From assembly GCA_965368975.1 (NCBI GenBank), contig CBDUPA010000002.1, positions 448,001-512,000 on the forward strand: a stretch of DNA of 64,000 nt. Reading direction: 5' to 3'. The stretch is from an uncultured bacterium. Its GTDB lineage: Bacteria; Acidobacteriota; Thermoanaerobaculia; Multivoradales; JAHZIX01. Below the pieces are notes generated by a model. That model was not told the DNA's origin. It was given only the letters and a program-made list of their open reading frames with translations, and did no database searches. Shown here in pieces: positions 23,149 through 34,337 of this stretch; positions within the stretch are counted from its first letter, which is position 1; every line of letters begins with the position of its first letter. The translations under genes were made by a program, and so were the position numbers.

Positions 23149-23766
23149 TCAGTTGGCCCGCAGGTGGGAGATGGCGTCGATGGACTCGGCCACCAGGCGC
23201 TCGTGATCTTCGGGCTTCAGTTCGCGCTCGAGAATGCGAGCCGCGGCGGATGTGGCCAGCTGGGTGGCCTGTGCATAGACGTCCTTGACGGCCTGCTCCT
23301 TGGCACGCTCGATCTCGCCCTGCACACGCTCGAGGGTTTCCTCCGCCTTACGGCGGGCCTCAGCCTCGATCTCCTGGCCGATTTCGACAGCTTTGCGGCG
23401 TGCTTTCTCCAGCGACTCGTCTGCGAGCTTGCGCGCCTCGGCCAGCTTGGCAGCGTACTCCTGCCGCTGCGCATCGGCTTCTTCGCGGTCCTTGCGGGCC
23501 TGCTCCAGGGAATCATGGATGAAGCGTTCGCGCTTCTGCAGCCCTTCGAGGATCGGACCCCAAACGAACTTGCCGAGCACGATCAGCAGAGCGATGAAAA
23601 TGACAGTGGTCCACAGCGCGTTGCCGATGTCACCGGCAAACGGGTTGTTGCCACCCTCGCCACCGCCGGCAGCCCAGGCGGGCAGAGACACGAACGCGAC
23701 CAGCAGAGCAGCTGCCGCAAGCAGTGCGGCGCTCACCCTGGGAGCGGTCTTGGTTTTGTTGATCAT
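23149..23766 (-). CDS. atpF: ATP synthase b subunit
   Basis: TM helix then KFVWGPILEGLQKRE and a long charged coiled coil; operon position. Confidence 0.93.
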   Translation of the reverse strand: MINKTKTAPRVSAALLAAAALLVAFVSLPAWAAGGGEGGNNPFAGDIGNALWTTVIFIALLIVLGKFVWGPILEGLQKRERFIHDSLEQARKDREEADAQRQEYAAKLAEARKLADESLEKARRKAVEIGQEIEAEARRKAEETLERVQGEIERAKEQAVKDVYAQATQLATSAAARILERELKPEDHERLVAESIDAISHLRAN

Positions 23767-23914
23767 CGTACGAAGATCCTCAGGCAGCTTTGCAGATAGA
23801 AGACAGGGGCGACGCTGGGCCGCGCCCGGGAGACCGGGCGCGAACCAACCACGTCATGGGCCCACCACGAATGGCCAGCCACGGTTCAGATTGCCGCGTG
23901 TACCGGGCTCGGGG

Positions 23915-25230
<1,316 letters not shown>

Positions 25231-25325
25231 CTTCGGCTCCGTGGGTCTCGAGTGTTGGGAGTTTGCGCGAGGATCGCAGTGACCTGGCCCTCAACCATGA
25301 GAGCGGCCAGTTGCGAGAATCGCGA

Positions 25326-25736
25326 CTACTTGGAGGGCGACGACGGATCACCCTGGACCAGGATCAGTCGAGTGTCGACGATCAACAAGGCCATGTAGCT
25401 CAGTGCCAGCCAGAGAAGAAAGGGCTTCAGGGCCACCCAGCCCGAGAGCGCGATCAGGAGGCCCGCGAGGGCCACGATCACGAGACGGGCGCCCATCGCC
25501 GCCATGGCGGCGAAGACACCCTTCGGACCACCTAGATCGCGGCTGCGCAGGATGATCACAGCACCGACCAGCGCAGCAGCCAGGCTGACGGCGCACGCCA
25601 GCAGCAGAGCCGGCACGGCCGTGTCGCCCGCCAGCTTGCGCGTGATCGGGATGCCCACCAACACCAACAGCGTGGTGACGGCAACGGCGCTCAGTGCAAA
25701 GCGCAGCCAAGCCCACAATGGTGATCCAGATGGCAC
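25326..25736 (-). CDS. AtpI-like four-TM membrane protein
   Basis: Four hydrophobic segments, directly upstream of atpB. Confidence 0.6.
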   Translation of the reverse strand: MPSGSPLWAWLRFALSAVAVTTLLVLVGIPITRKLAGDTAVPALLLACAVSLAAALVGAVIILRSRDLGGPKGVFAAMAAMGARLVIVALAGLLIALSGWVALKPFLLWLALSYMALLIVDTRLILVQGDPSSPSK

Positions 25737-25750
25737 GGGTGACGCGTGTG

Positions 25751-26065
25751 TCAGCGTTCGTCTCCGGATTGCTTCAAAGAGTTCGAGTCCGAGCCTTCAC
25801 GGCCCTTGCCGGCAACTGACGAACCCGAACCTGCGCGCAAGGCGCCGCGAATCAGGTTGTACATGGCACCGACGAGACCGAGAAGGGCGCCGCAAAGAAT
25901 GCCCCAAGGCCGACTGTCGTAGCGAAGATCCACCCAATACCCAACGAGAGCGAAACCCAGAACCGCGGCGGCGAAATCGAAGCCCAGACTGGCTGAAGTG
26001 AACGTCCCTCGAGAGCGTTCGCTGCGCCGGTGGCCTTCGCCGTCCTGCCCGTTACCGGTGGGCAT
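25751..26065 (-). CDS. AtpZ/AtpI family (ATPase gene 1) protein
   Basis: GFDFAAAVLGFALVGYWVD...PWGILCGALLGLVGAMYNL signature; first gene of the operon. Confidence 0.8.
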   Translation of the reverse strand: MPTGNGQDGEGHRRSERSRGTFTSASLGFDFAAAVLGFALVGYWVDLRYDSRPWGILCGALLGLVGAMYNLIRGALRAGSGSSVAGKGREGSDSNSLKQSGDER

Positions 26066-26199
26066 CGGCCGTTCCCTACCTCGTCGTGATGGTGAGATTT
26101 TCGCCGGGTCGGCACCGCACGGAAGCGTGATCACGTGTGGCGTTGATTCTGGCGGCGGTCAGACTTCTAGTGAGCGGCCCGTTGCCGGTCCGCAGGCGG

Positions 26200-26228
26200 A
26201 GTGTAGCAATGTCGACCTTCGGGTTCAA
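26200..26228 (-). promoter_or_regulatory. Sigma70-type promoter of the atp operon
   Basis: Minus strand TTGAAC-N17-TACACT with an extended TG (TGcTACACT). Confidence 0.6.
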
Positions 26229-26298
26229 CCCCCACTGCAACTTTCCGCCGCCGCGCTCCAGTGCAGCGACTCGCGGCGACGGAAGCGCCCGGGCGGAA

Positions 26299-27735
26299 TC
26301 AGGCGAAACTGTGCCCTTGAATGACCGCCCAGATGATCCACAAGATGGCCAACGGGCACAGCACGCGCACCAAGAAGCGCCAGAGGCCATAGAGCGGGAA
26401 GGGGCCATCGTTGCCCGCCTCCAGCTCGCCCTTGGTCAGGGAACGATCGAGCACCCACCCGGCGAAGACAGCAATCAGCAGCGCACCGATGGGCAGTAGC
26501 CAGTTGGTGCAGAAGTAGTCGATGCCGCCAAAGAAACCCATGCCTCCCCACAGACCGGTGAGACCTCCGTGGGCGCCTAGCGACAGAGCCGATGGCAGGC
26601 CGAGCAGGAAGACGAAGCCGCCGAGAACGAGCGACGCTTTGCGCCGGCTCCAGCCGCGACGGTCGATGAAGTAGGAGACCACGACCTCGAGCAACGAGAT
26701 GGTCGAGGTCAAAGCAGCGAAACCCACCAGTAGGTAGAAGACCGGGGCGATCACGACGCCGCCGGGCAGTTCATAGAACATGCGCGGCAGGGTGGTGAAG
26801 AGGATGGTCGAGCTCTGACTGAAGGTCGCGTCGCGGGTGTCTTCAGGCACGCTGAAGATGATTGAGAACATGACCACCGAGGCAGCCATGGCGATGCCGG
26901 TATCGAGAAGGCAGATGGTGGCGGACGAGCGCGGAATCGAGTCGTTGCGCGAGACGTACGAGCCGTAGGTGATCATGGCTCCCATGCCAAGGGACAGGCT
27001 GAAGAACGCCAGGCCGACGGCCTCGAGCACACCATTGGCGGTGATCGGGCCGACATGAAAGAGGAAGCCGATGGCGTCGCCGAAGCCGGGAGTGCGAATC
27101 GAGTTCAGCACCAGCAGCAGCAGAATGCCGCCGAGGACTGGCATCAAGAACTTGGTGGTGCGCTCGATGCCAGACTTGACGCCCATCGCCACCACGCCCA
27201 CGGTCGCAACCATGAAGACCAGGTGGAAGCCTAGTTGCATCGGCGCATTCCCGAGGAAGGAACCGAAGGAGCTGCCGAGATTCTCTGCGGTCTCGGCAGT
27301 GAAGCCCTGGACGGACCAGCTCACGCACTTGCCGAAGTAGAAGACGGTCCAGCCAGCGACGATCGAGTAGTAGGACAGAATCGCGCAGCCTGCAGCCACT
27401 CCCATCCAGCCGACAGCTCCCCACAACTTGCCGCCGACACGCCCTTTGGCCAGTTCGAGGAACGCTCCCACAGGGCTCTGCTGCGTACGCCTGCCGATCA
27501 AGATCTCGGCGACCATGATCGGCGCCCCGATCAACAGCACCGCGACCAGGTAGGTCAGAACAAAGGTGCCGCCATCATTGGCGTAGGTGACGTAAGGGAA
27601 CTTCCAGATGTTCCCAAGGCCGATCGCCGAGCCTGCGGCGGCCAGGATGAAGCCCAGACGGCCAAAGGTGCCGCGTGCGGACGCGGTGTCGGGTGCGGAT
27701 TCCATTTGTCCACCTCCAGAGGGGGTAAGAGCCAT
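26299..27735 (-). CDS. Sodium-dependent transporter (NSS/SLC6, LeuT-like)
   Basis: GSAIGLGNIWKFPY, FFSLSLGMGAMITYGSY, AALTSTISLLE. Confidence 0.94.
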   Translation of the reverse strand: MALTPSGGGQMESAPDTASARGTFGRLGFILAAAGSAIGLGNIWKFPYVTYANDGGTFVLTYLVAVLLIGAPIMVAEILIGRRTQQSPVGAFLELAKGRVGGKLWGAVGWMGVAAGCAILSYYSIVAGWTVFYFGKCVSWSVQGFTAETAENLGSSFGSFLGNAPMQLGFHLVFMVATVGVVAMGVKSGIERTTKFLMPVLGGILLLLVLNSIRTPGFGDAIGFLFHVGPITANGVLEAVGLAFFSLSLGMGAMITYGSYVSRNDSIPRSSATICLLDTGIAMAASVVMFSIIFSVPEDTRDATFSQSSTILFTTLPRMFYELPGGVVIAPVFYLLVGFAALTSTISLLEVVVSYFIDRRGWSRRKASLVLGGFVFLLGLPSALSLGAHGGLTGLWGGMGFFGGIDYFCTNWLLPIGALLIAVFAGWVLDRSLTKGELEAGNDGPFPLYGLWRFLVRVLCPLAILWIIWAVIQGHSFA

Positions 27736-27888
27736 GCCCGCGCGGTGCTCACGGCCAGCCCAGACGGCCTCGGATGCTCACCACGCCCAGATTGAACCAA
27801 GCTAGCAGGACGAGAAGATATCACGAACAGACAGGGCACCCTGCGCTGCCCAGAGCCATGTTCAAGCGGCGCGGAACCGCCACGTGAA

Positions 27889-28881
27889 TCAGGGCTCGAG
27901 CGTGTGCGAACCCGACAGGCGATCGCCGAGCGAGCGCCCCCTGAGCGCCAGCAGCAGCGGCAGCCCCGCCAAGGCCAAGGTCACCAAGGCCACCAGCCAT
28001 CGGACGGTCGTCTGGACGAAGCTCAGGTTCTCACCACCCAGGCTGCGTGCACTCAGTCCCAGGCTCGCCATTCCCGGCGTCTGCCCCCAGAAAGCGAGAG
28101 GCACGACGGTGTAGAAGAAGGAGAAGACAAGCAAGAAGAGCAGCAGCGGCGGCCACTGGTGCTGGAGGTCGGGCGACACTCCCAGCAGGTAGTTGCCGAT
28201 CAGCAGGATGCCCAGCACCGCCGCGTGGACCGCTAGGTCTGCCAGTCCGCCCAACAGGCGACTGGAAACCCGCGCTGGCCGCCCTCCGGTGGCGTAGCCC
28301 TCGGCATCGAGCTCCTCCACGCCATAGTCGTCGAATTCGTCCTGACCTCCCAGGGCTCCCGCAGAACCCGCTGCCGCCTCGTCGAGCGGTACCGCGTACG
28401 GATCCTCTAGCTGGTCGTCGAGTAGGTCTTCGACATCGGGCAACTCGTGCCCCAGCGCAGAGACCGCCTGCGGCCCCTCGGCCTCCAGATCGGCTTCGTA
28501 CGCCTCGTCGTCGTACGCCCCCTCATCGAACGAGTCTTCCCGGTCGCACCCGTCACCGGCAGCGCCCTCCGACTCTACGTCGAAGGGCGGCTCTCCCGCA
28601 TCCTCTCCCCAGTCGTCGCCTGCGACCTCGCCATCGCCATCGTCCATGGGACCGTCGTAGATCAGGTTGGGAGCGGAACTGCCGACACGGGGCGGCGGCT
28701 CGGGCTCCGTCGCGGCCTCGGGAAACAGAGGCAGCGACTCAGCGAGATCGCGCGGCGGGCGCCGGGATCGCCCGCGACCATCACCGCGACGGCCGGGCAC
28801 CTCATCATCGGCCTCGGCGGCCGTGGATTCGGTGCCCGCGAAGAGCGGTAGATCATCATACGTCGGAGGTCGGCGGCTCAT
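27889..28881 (-). CDS. RDD family membrane protein with long acidic N-terminal region
   Basis: RLLGGLAD, GQTPGM, RSLGDRLSG; D/E-rich N-terminus. Confidence 0.8.
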   Translation of the reverse strand: MSRRPPTYDDLPLFAGTESTAAEADDEVPGRRGDGRGRSRRPPRDLAESLPLFPEAATEPEPPPRVGSSAPNLIYDGPMDDGDGEVAGDDWGEDAGEPPFDVESEGAAGDGCDREDSFDEGAYDDEAYEADLEAEGPQAVSALGHELPDVEDLLDDQLEDPYAVPLDEAAAGSAGALGGQDEFDDYGVEELDAEGYATGGRPARVSSRLLGGLADLAVHAAVLGILLIGNYLLGVSPDLQHQWPPLLLFLLVFSFFYTVVPLAFWGQTPGMASLGLSARSLGGENLSFVQTTVRWLVALVTLALAGLPLLLALRGRSLGDRLSGSHTLEP

Positions 28882-28896
28882 GAGTTCCGCCCGTCC

Positions 28897-31563
28897 TCAG
28901 GGCACGGTCCGGAAGGGCAGGTACTTGACGTAGATGCGGTAGAGCAGGTCGGCGTCCCGCTGCAGGTAGGTCTGCGCGAACAGCAGGTGGCGTCGAGCAT
29001 CGGCATCGTCCGGATCGACATCGAGCAGTTCGGTGAAACTCTGCTCGGCGCTGTTGAGGTTGCCACGCTGCAGGCTCTGGACACCGATATTGTAGTAGCT
29101 GTAGGCGATCAGCAGCTTGATGTCCGGGTCGTCGGGCTCGTCGAGGTGACGACGCCACAACATCCGTAGCGCTTCTTCCCATTCGTTGCGCTCGAACAGC
29201 TTGATCTCCTCGCTCAGCGAGCGGGCCTTCTCTTCGGTGTCGAACAACCGCTGACTGTCGGCGGGTGACAGCGCCAGGGTCTCACCAGCAGCTCGGAACA
29301 ATGCGCGCGCCTCGAGCATGCGACCCTCGGAAACCGCCGTACGGGCGGCGGCTGCCAGGGCGTCGTGGCGTGCCTGCACAGCGGGATCGATCTCGGGGCC
29401 GTCCCCGTCGTCCGGCTGCTGCGCGCCCTCCCATTGGGCGATCAACGCCTGCGCTTCTTCATAGTGCGGACTGCTCGGCGGCAACTTCTTGAGCGACGTC
29501 AAGGCGGCCTCGGTGTTGCCGCGCTCGTACTGGGCACGCGCACGATCGATGGGCGAAAGTCGCTGTCCGGGCGTTTCTTGGCCGGCGGACGGATCTGGCG
29601 TGTTGGGGAAGAAGTCGTCGCGGTGCGTGAACACATACCAGCCACCGCCGAGCACCAGCGCCAGCACAAGGCCACCGATGAGCAGGAAACGACGCCGGGC
29701 ACTGGCTCCACCGACCGCAACCTGACGCTTCTCTGCCGGGCCGCGCGGCGTGGACTCTTCGCCCGGCTCTGGCGGCACCATGATTTCTTTGGCGAGCATG
29801 TGCTCGGCCGCCGCCTCGATCGTGTCGGTCGTGTTGCCTTGCTCATCCACCTCGGGCATCTGGCCAGCTTCGAGCTGCTCCAGGAAGTCCCGAGCCTCGT
29901 TATTGCCGGGCTGAGCCGCGAGAACCTGCTCGAAGGCCTGCTTGGCGGCGTCGGCATCCTGGGCCCTGAGAGCCTCCATGCCCTCCTGGAACACTTCCTC
30001 GACTTGCCGCTCCGACTCGGCCTTGAGCTGGCGCGCCTTGTCGATGCGCGTAGAGGCCTCTTCGTTGTCGAGATCGATCAGAAAGATGCGCGACCAAGCG
30101 TCGATGGCCCCCTGGTAGTCACGTTGCTCAAAGGCCTCCTGACCCTCGCGCAGCAAATCGTCAATACGGCTGTCGCCGCTCGGCGGAATCGGCTCTGACG
30201 CGGGTGCCGCTGGGACGGGTGCCGCGGGAACGGTAGCCGGCTCTGCGGCGGCTTCCGCTGCAGCGGGCTCCGGCGAGAGCTCTTCGACGGGCAGAGCTGG
30301 CGGTTCGCTCGTCGGCTCCGGTGACGGCAAATCGAAGCCACCGCCGGCATCCTCGGACCCGAGGTCGAAACCACCCGGCGCGGAAGCAGCCTCCGGCGTT
30401 CCCAGATCGAAGCCATCTCCCAGATCGAAACCCGCGTCCGGCCCGGCGGTAGCCGGCGCCGCGGGTGTGGCGGCCGGTGCAGCAGGCGGGACCGGTTCCG
30501 TGGGCAGCTCGAAACCACCGACATCGGGCGGCGAGGCCGACGGCGGCGGCTCGAAACTCAAGTCCGCAGCGCCCAGCTCATCCGCGCCCAACTCTTCAGA
30601 ACCGAGCTCTTCAGCGCCTAGCTCAAAGCCGCCACCCCCGAGATCGAAACCCGCACCCGCTTCCGCGGCGGGTGTCTCCAAGCTGTCCGCCGCCGGCTCG
30701 CCGAGATCCGCAAGCGAGAAGTCGAAGCCTCCCTGATCCACCGGCGCGGCTGCCGTCGGCTCGGCCGCGGCAGGAGGCTGCATCTTGACGGTCCCCAGCG
30801 GCTCCCCCGCACCCGGCACCTCTTCGGATGCCGGCTCTTCCAGGCTGCCGAAGTCCAGGCTCTCGAGATCGAAACCCTGGTCTGCCGGGGCAGCGGCCTG
30901 CTGAGCAGCTTGCTGCGCGGCGGCCTGTTGCGCGGCGGCCTGTTGCGCGGCGGCCTGCTGCGCGGCAACAGCCTGCGCGTGCGCCTGCAGCATCTGCGCG
31001 ACCCGTGGGTTCTGGGGATCCAGCCCCTGCGCTTTCTTCAACTCTTCTGCCGCCACATCCAGCTCACCACGATCCAGGGCGCCAGCGGCCCCCCGCAGGA
31101 AGCCCTCGACGTATTGCGCGGTTTGCTGGCGCATCTGCACGGCCTGTACCAGCTCCTGCATGTCCTGGTGCTGCATCACCGTCGCCTGATACTTGCGCGC
31201 CAGCTGGAGCAGCTTGTCGAGGTCACCATCAGCCTGCAGCTTCTGTAGCGCTGCTCGCAGCTTGTTGGGATCGACCGCAGGAGCAGCCGCGGGAGCAGGC
31301 GCAGGAGCAGCCGCGGGAGCAGGCGTAGGTGCAGCCGCCGCTCCGGCAACCAGGTCTGCCGTCTCGACGGGCCCACCCTGCTGCAAGCGCTCCGCCAGAA
31401 TCTGTGCCGGTCGGAACTGGGGATCGAGACGCTGAATGAAATCGCATCCCAGCATCGCTTCCTGCACGCTGCCCTGTTGCGCGGAATCCAGGGTTTGCTT
31501 GAAGGTACCCAGAATTCGTTCACGGGTTTCCTTGGGCAGCGAGGGGTTGCCTTGATATTCCAT
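28897..31563 (-). CDS. Large TPR-containing single-pass membrane protein with acidic low-complexity linker
   Basis: TPR-like helices (EGQEAFEQRDYQGAIDAWSRIF), GFDL-type acidic repeats, TM LLIGGLVLALVLGGGWYVF. Start MEYQGN. Confidence 0.8.
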   Translation of the reverse strand: MEYQGNPSLPKETRERILGTFKQTLDSAQQGSVQEAMLGCDFIQRLDPQFRPAQILAERLQQGGPVETADLVAGAAAAPTPAPAAAPAPAPAAAPAVDPNKLRAALQKLQADGDLDKLLQLARKYQATVMQHQDMQELVQAVQMRQQTAQYVEGFLRGAAGALDRGELDVAAEELKKAQGLDPQNPRVAQMLQAHAQAVAAQQAAAQQAAAQQAAAQQAAQQAAAPADQGFDLESLDFGSLEEPASEEVPGAGEPLGTVKMQPPAAAEPTAAAPVDQGGFDFSLADLGEPAADSLETPAAEAGAGFDLGGGGFELGAEELGSEELGADELGAADLSFEPPPSASPPDVGGFELPTEPVPPAAPAATPAAPATAGPDAGFDLGDGFDLGTPEAASAPGGFDLGSEDAGGGFDLPSPEPTSEPPALPVEELSPEPAAAEAAAEPATVPAAPVPAAPASEPIPPSGDSRIDDLLREGQEAFEQRDYQGAIDAWSRIFLIDLDNEEASTRIDKARQLKAESERQVEEVFQEGMEALRAQDADAAKQAFEQVLAAQPGNNEARDFLEQLEAGQMPEVDEQGNTTDTIEAAAEHMLAKEIMVPPEPGEESTPRGPAEKRQVAVGGASARRRFLLIGGLVLALVLGGGWYVFTHRDDFFPNTPDPSAGQETPGQRLSPIDRARAQYERGNTEAALTSLKKLPPSSPHYEEAQALIAQWEGAQQPDDGDGPEIDPAVQARHDALAAAARTAVSEGRMLEARALFRAAGETLALSPADSQRLFDTEEKARSLSEEIKLFERNEWEEALRMLWRRHLDEPDDPDIKLLIAYSYYNIGVQSLQRGNLNSAEQSFTELLDVDPDDADARRHLLFAQTYLQRDADLLYRIYVKYLPFRTVP
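30900..30970 (-). repeat. 15-bp tandem repeats encoding AAAQQ
   Basis: tgttgcgcggcggcc-like unit, about 4 copies. Confidence 0.8.
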
Positions 31564-31789
31564 GCTAGCGCCTTCAAATGATTCGAATCTGGAGACCGGG
31601 GCCGTCCACCGGCGAGTCTTCCGCACTCGGACGGCCCATTTTGACATAGATCTTCCAGCGTGTGCGGGCAGGTGCCCCGTCGACGCTCATCAGCCCGAGC
31701 ACCTACACAGGGGCTTCCAGCACAAATGCAGACGACCGGAGCACATGGCTCCGGTCGCATAGCAAGGCACGATCGCCACAGAGTGGCGG

Positions 31790-32953
31790 CTATTCGATCC
31801 AGGACTTGAAGTAATCCGGATCTTCCAGCGGCAACAGCGGCTTGGCCGCGTACAGTGGACGGAAGGTATCGAACATGACCGCCAGCTCGTCGGTGGCCGG
31901 CTGACCGAGCGACGCCTCCATGCGCCCCGGGTGGGGACCGTGCGGGATGCCATCCGGGTGCAACGTCACCGAGCCGAACTCGATGCCCTTGCGACTCATG
32001 AACTCGCTCGAGGCGTAGTAGATGACCTCGTCGGACATGACGTTCGAGTGGTTGTACGGCGCCGGGATAGCCGTGGGGTCGAAATCGTAAGGACGCGGAC
32101 AGAAGGAGCAGACAACGAAACCGTCGACCTCGAAGGTCTGGTGGATCGGTGGCGGCAAGTGGAAGCGACCGACGCGCGGTTCGAAGTCGTGGATCGACAA
32201 CGCCCAGGGATAGTAGTAGCCATCCCAGCCAACGACATCGAAGGGATGGTGTGCAAGCACCATCTCGGTCAGCGCGTCGTACTGCTTGACCAGCACACGG
32301 AACTCACCTTGCTCGTCGTGCGTGCGCAGCGTTTCCGGCTTGCGGATGTCGCGCTCACAATAGGGAGCATCCTCCATCAGCTGTCCGTGCTCGTTGCGGT
32401 AGCGCTTGGGCGTGCGCACGTAGCCGCCGCACTCGAGAATCAGCATGCGTACCGGCTGCTGGCTGTAGCTGTAGCGATGAACGATGTTGCGCGGAATCAC
32501 CAGGTAGTCGCCAGGGCGGAATGGCAGATCGCCGTACTGAGACTCCAGCACGCCCTCGCCCTCGGCCACGTAGACGATCTCGTCACCCTGGCCGTTGCGG
32601 TAGAAGAAGTCGTCTTCCTGGTCGGGTTGTGCGAAGTACGAAGCGACATCCTGGTTGAACAGCACGGGCAGGCGATCGAGCACGGCGCTACCTCCCGCCG
32701 GCTGCTGGTGCAGCCGGAAGTGGCGGTGGCGCAGGCAGGCGTCGCCGTCGGCCTCGAGCTTCATCGAGCGCAGCTGGCGCACCTGCTGGACGCGCGTCGG
32801 CGGATACAGGTGATAGAGCAGGGACGAGATGCCGACGAAGCCCTTGTTACCGACCAATTCTTCTTGGTACAGCTCGCCGCCCTGCTCTTCCGGCCGCCGG
32901 AAGATGCTGTGACGCTTACGCGGGATCTCGCCGAGACGATGATAGATGGGCAT
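31790..32953 (-). CDS. hmgA: Homogentisate 1,2-dioxygenase
   Basis: HPFDVVGWDG, PYNHSNVMSDE, HPDGIPHGPHPG, ELAVMFDTFRPL; adjacent to hppD. Confidence 0.93.
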   Translation of the reverse strand: MPIYHRLGEIPRKRHSIFRRPEEQGGELYQEELVGNKGFVGISSLLYHLYPPTRVQQVRQLRSMKLEADGDACLRHRHFRLHQQPAGGSAVLDRLPVLFNQDVASYFAQPDQEDDFFYRNGQGDEIVYVAEGEGVLESQYGDLPFRPGDYLVIPRNIVHRYSYSQQPVRMLILECGGYVRTPKRYRNEHGQLMEDAPYCERDIRKPETLRTHDEQGEFRVLVKQYDALTEMVLAHHPFDVVGWDGYYYPWALSIHDFEPRVGRFHLPPPIHQTFEVDGFVVCSFCPRPYDFDPTAIPAPYNHSNVMSDEVIYYASSEFMSRKGIEFGSVTLHPDGIPHGPHPGRMEASLGQPATDELAVMFDTFRPLYAAKPLLPLEDPDYFKSWIE

Positions 32954-32993
32954 GAGGTCGTGTCCCTCCTAGGTTTCTGGGGCTTGCTGGGCT

Positions 32994-34103
32994 TCAGAGA
33001 TTACCGCGCAGCTCTTGCTCGCGCTCGATCGACTCGAAAAGGGCCTTGAAGTTGCCCTTGCCGAAGCCGCGACTCCCCTTGCGCTGGATCAATTCGTAGA
33101 ACAGCGTCGGGCGGTCTTCCACCGGCTTGGTGAACAGCTGTAGCAGATAGCCTTCCTCGTCGCGGTCGACCAGGATACCGAGGTCGTGCACAGCGTCGAT
33201 CGACTCGTCGATCTTGCCAACGCGCTGGGGCAGCTCTTCGTAGTAGGTGTCCGGCACTTCCAGGAACTCGACTCCGCAGTCTCGCAGCCGCTGTACGGTC
33301 GCCAGGATGTCGTCGGTCAGCATCGCGATGTGCTGCACACCCGGACCATTGTAGTAGTCCAGGTACTCTTCGATCTGGCTCTTCTTGCGACCATCCGCAG
33401 GCTCGTTGATCGGGAACTTGATGGCGTAGGAGTTGTCCGACATGACGATGCTCATCAGCGCGGAGTATTCGGTCGAAATATCCTTGTCATCGAAGCTGAT
33501 GTAGCGATTGAAACCGAGGATGTTCGAGTACCAGTCCGCCCAGTAATTCATCTTGCCGAGCTCGACGTTGCCAACGATGTGGTCGACCCGCTGAATGCCA
33601 ACGCTCTCCCCGGGCAGGTTCAGCGGCTCGAAGCCAGGCAGGAAGGGGCCGTCGTACTTCTTGCCCTTCACACCACCGTTGTGCGAGATCAATGAATGGA
33701 TCGTGTCGCCGTAGGTCTTGATCGCGGCGCGCCGCACCACTCCATGCTCGTCTTCCATGTCGTAGGGCTCGACGGCTGGCTCGGCACCGCGCTCCAGGGC
33801 CGCTGCGAAGGCGCGGTCGGCGTCTGCGACTTCGAAAGCGATGTCGCGCACGCCGTCGCCGTGCCGAGTCAGATGCTCCTGGATCTCGTGGTCTTCCTTC
33901 TTGAGTGGAGAGGTGAAGACGAAGCGTGCTTCGTTCTGCTCCAAGGCGTGGGAAGTACGATCCCGCTCGCCTGTCTCGAGCCCGGAGTAGGCGAACTGCG
34001 AGAAGCCGAAGGCGTTACGGTAGAAGAACGCCGCCTGCTTAGCGTTGCCGACCCAGAACTCGATGTGGTGGATGCGCTTCAGCTCCAAGGGATTGTCACT
34101 CAT
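32994..34103 (-). CDS. hppD: 4-hydroxyphenylpyruvate dioxygenase
   Basis: [41 protein letters not shown]. Confidence 0.96.
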   Translation of the reverse strand: MSDNPLELKRIHHIEFWVGNAKQAAFFYRNAFGFSQFAYSGLETGERDRTSHALEQNEARFVFTSPLKKEDHEIQEHLTRHGDGVRDIAFEVADADRAFAAALERGAEPAVEPYDMEDEHGVVRRAAIKTYGDTIHSLISHNGGVKGKKYDGPFLPGFEPLNLPGESVGIQRVDHIVGNVELGKMNYWADWYSNILGFNRYISFDDKDISTEYSALMSIVMSDNSYAIKFPINEPADGRKKSQIEEYLDYYNGPGVQHIAMLTDDILATVQRLRDCGVEFLEVPDTYYEELPQRVGKIDESIDAVHDLGILVDRDEEGYLLQLFTKPVEDRPTLFYELIQRKGSRGFGKGNFKALFESIEREQELRGNL

Positions 34104-34337
34104 GTCGGAAGCTCCTTTGGCATATCTTCAAAGCTATGGTCTTGGGGACTGCGGGCTCTTGGGCGGTTGAGAGAACCGAGCGGTTGAGAAGACCGGAGGA
34201 AGGTACCGGCGACCGCACGAAAGTGTAGCAAAGTCCAGGAGTCTCTGAAGAAGTACCGAATTATCTTCAGGCGTCGGCGGCACAGCATCGAGCATCCCGG
34301 AAGTTCTGCGGCCTCAATGGGATTGAGCCGCAGAATT

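Noticed and set aside
26196-26240. tRNA-like fragment (CGGAGTGTAGC...GGTTCAA)
   Set aside because: Too short for a cloverleaf and the stems do not pair; better explained as the atp promoter on the minus strand.
31790-34103. HppD as hydroxymandelate synthase supplying the NRPS
   Set aside because: It is paired with hmgA, which indicates ordinary tyrosine catabolism; no hmo or hpgT genes are nearby.
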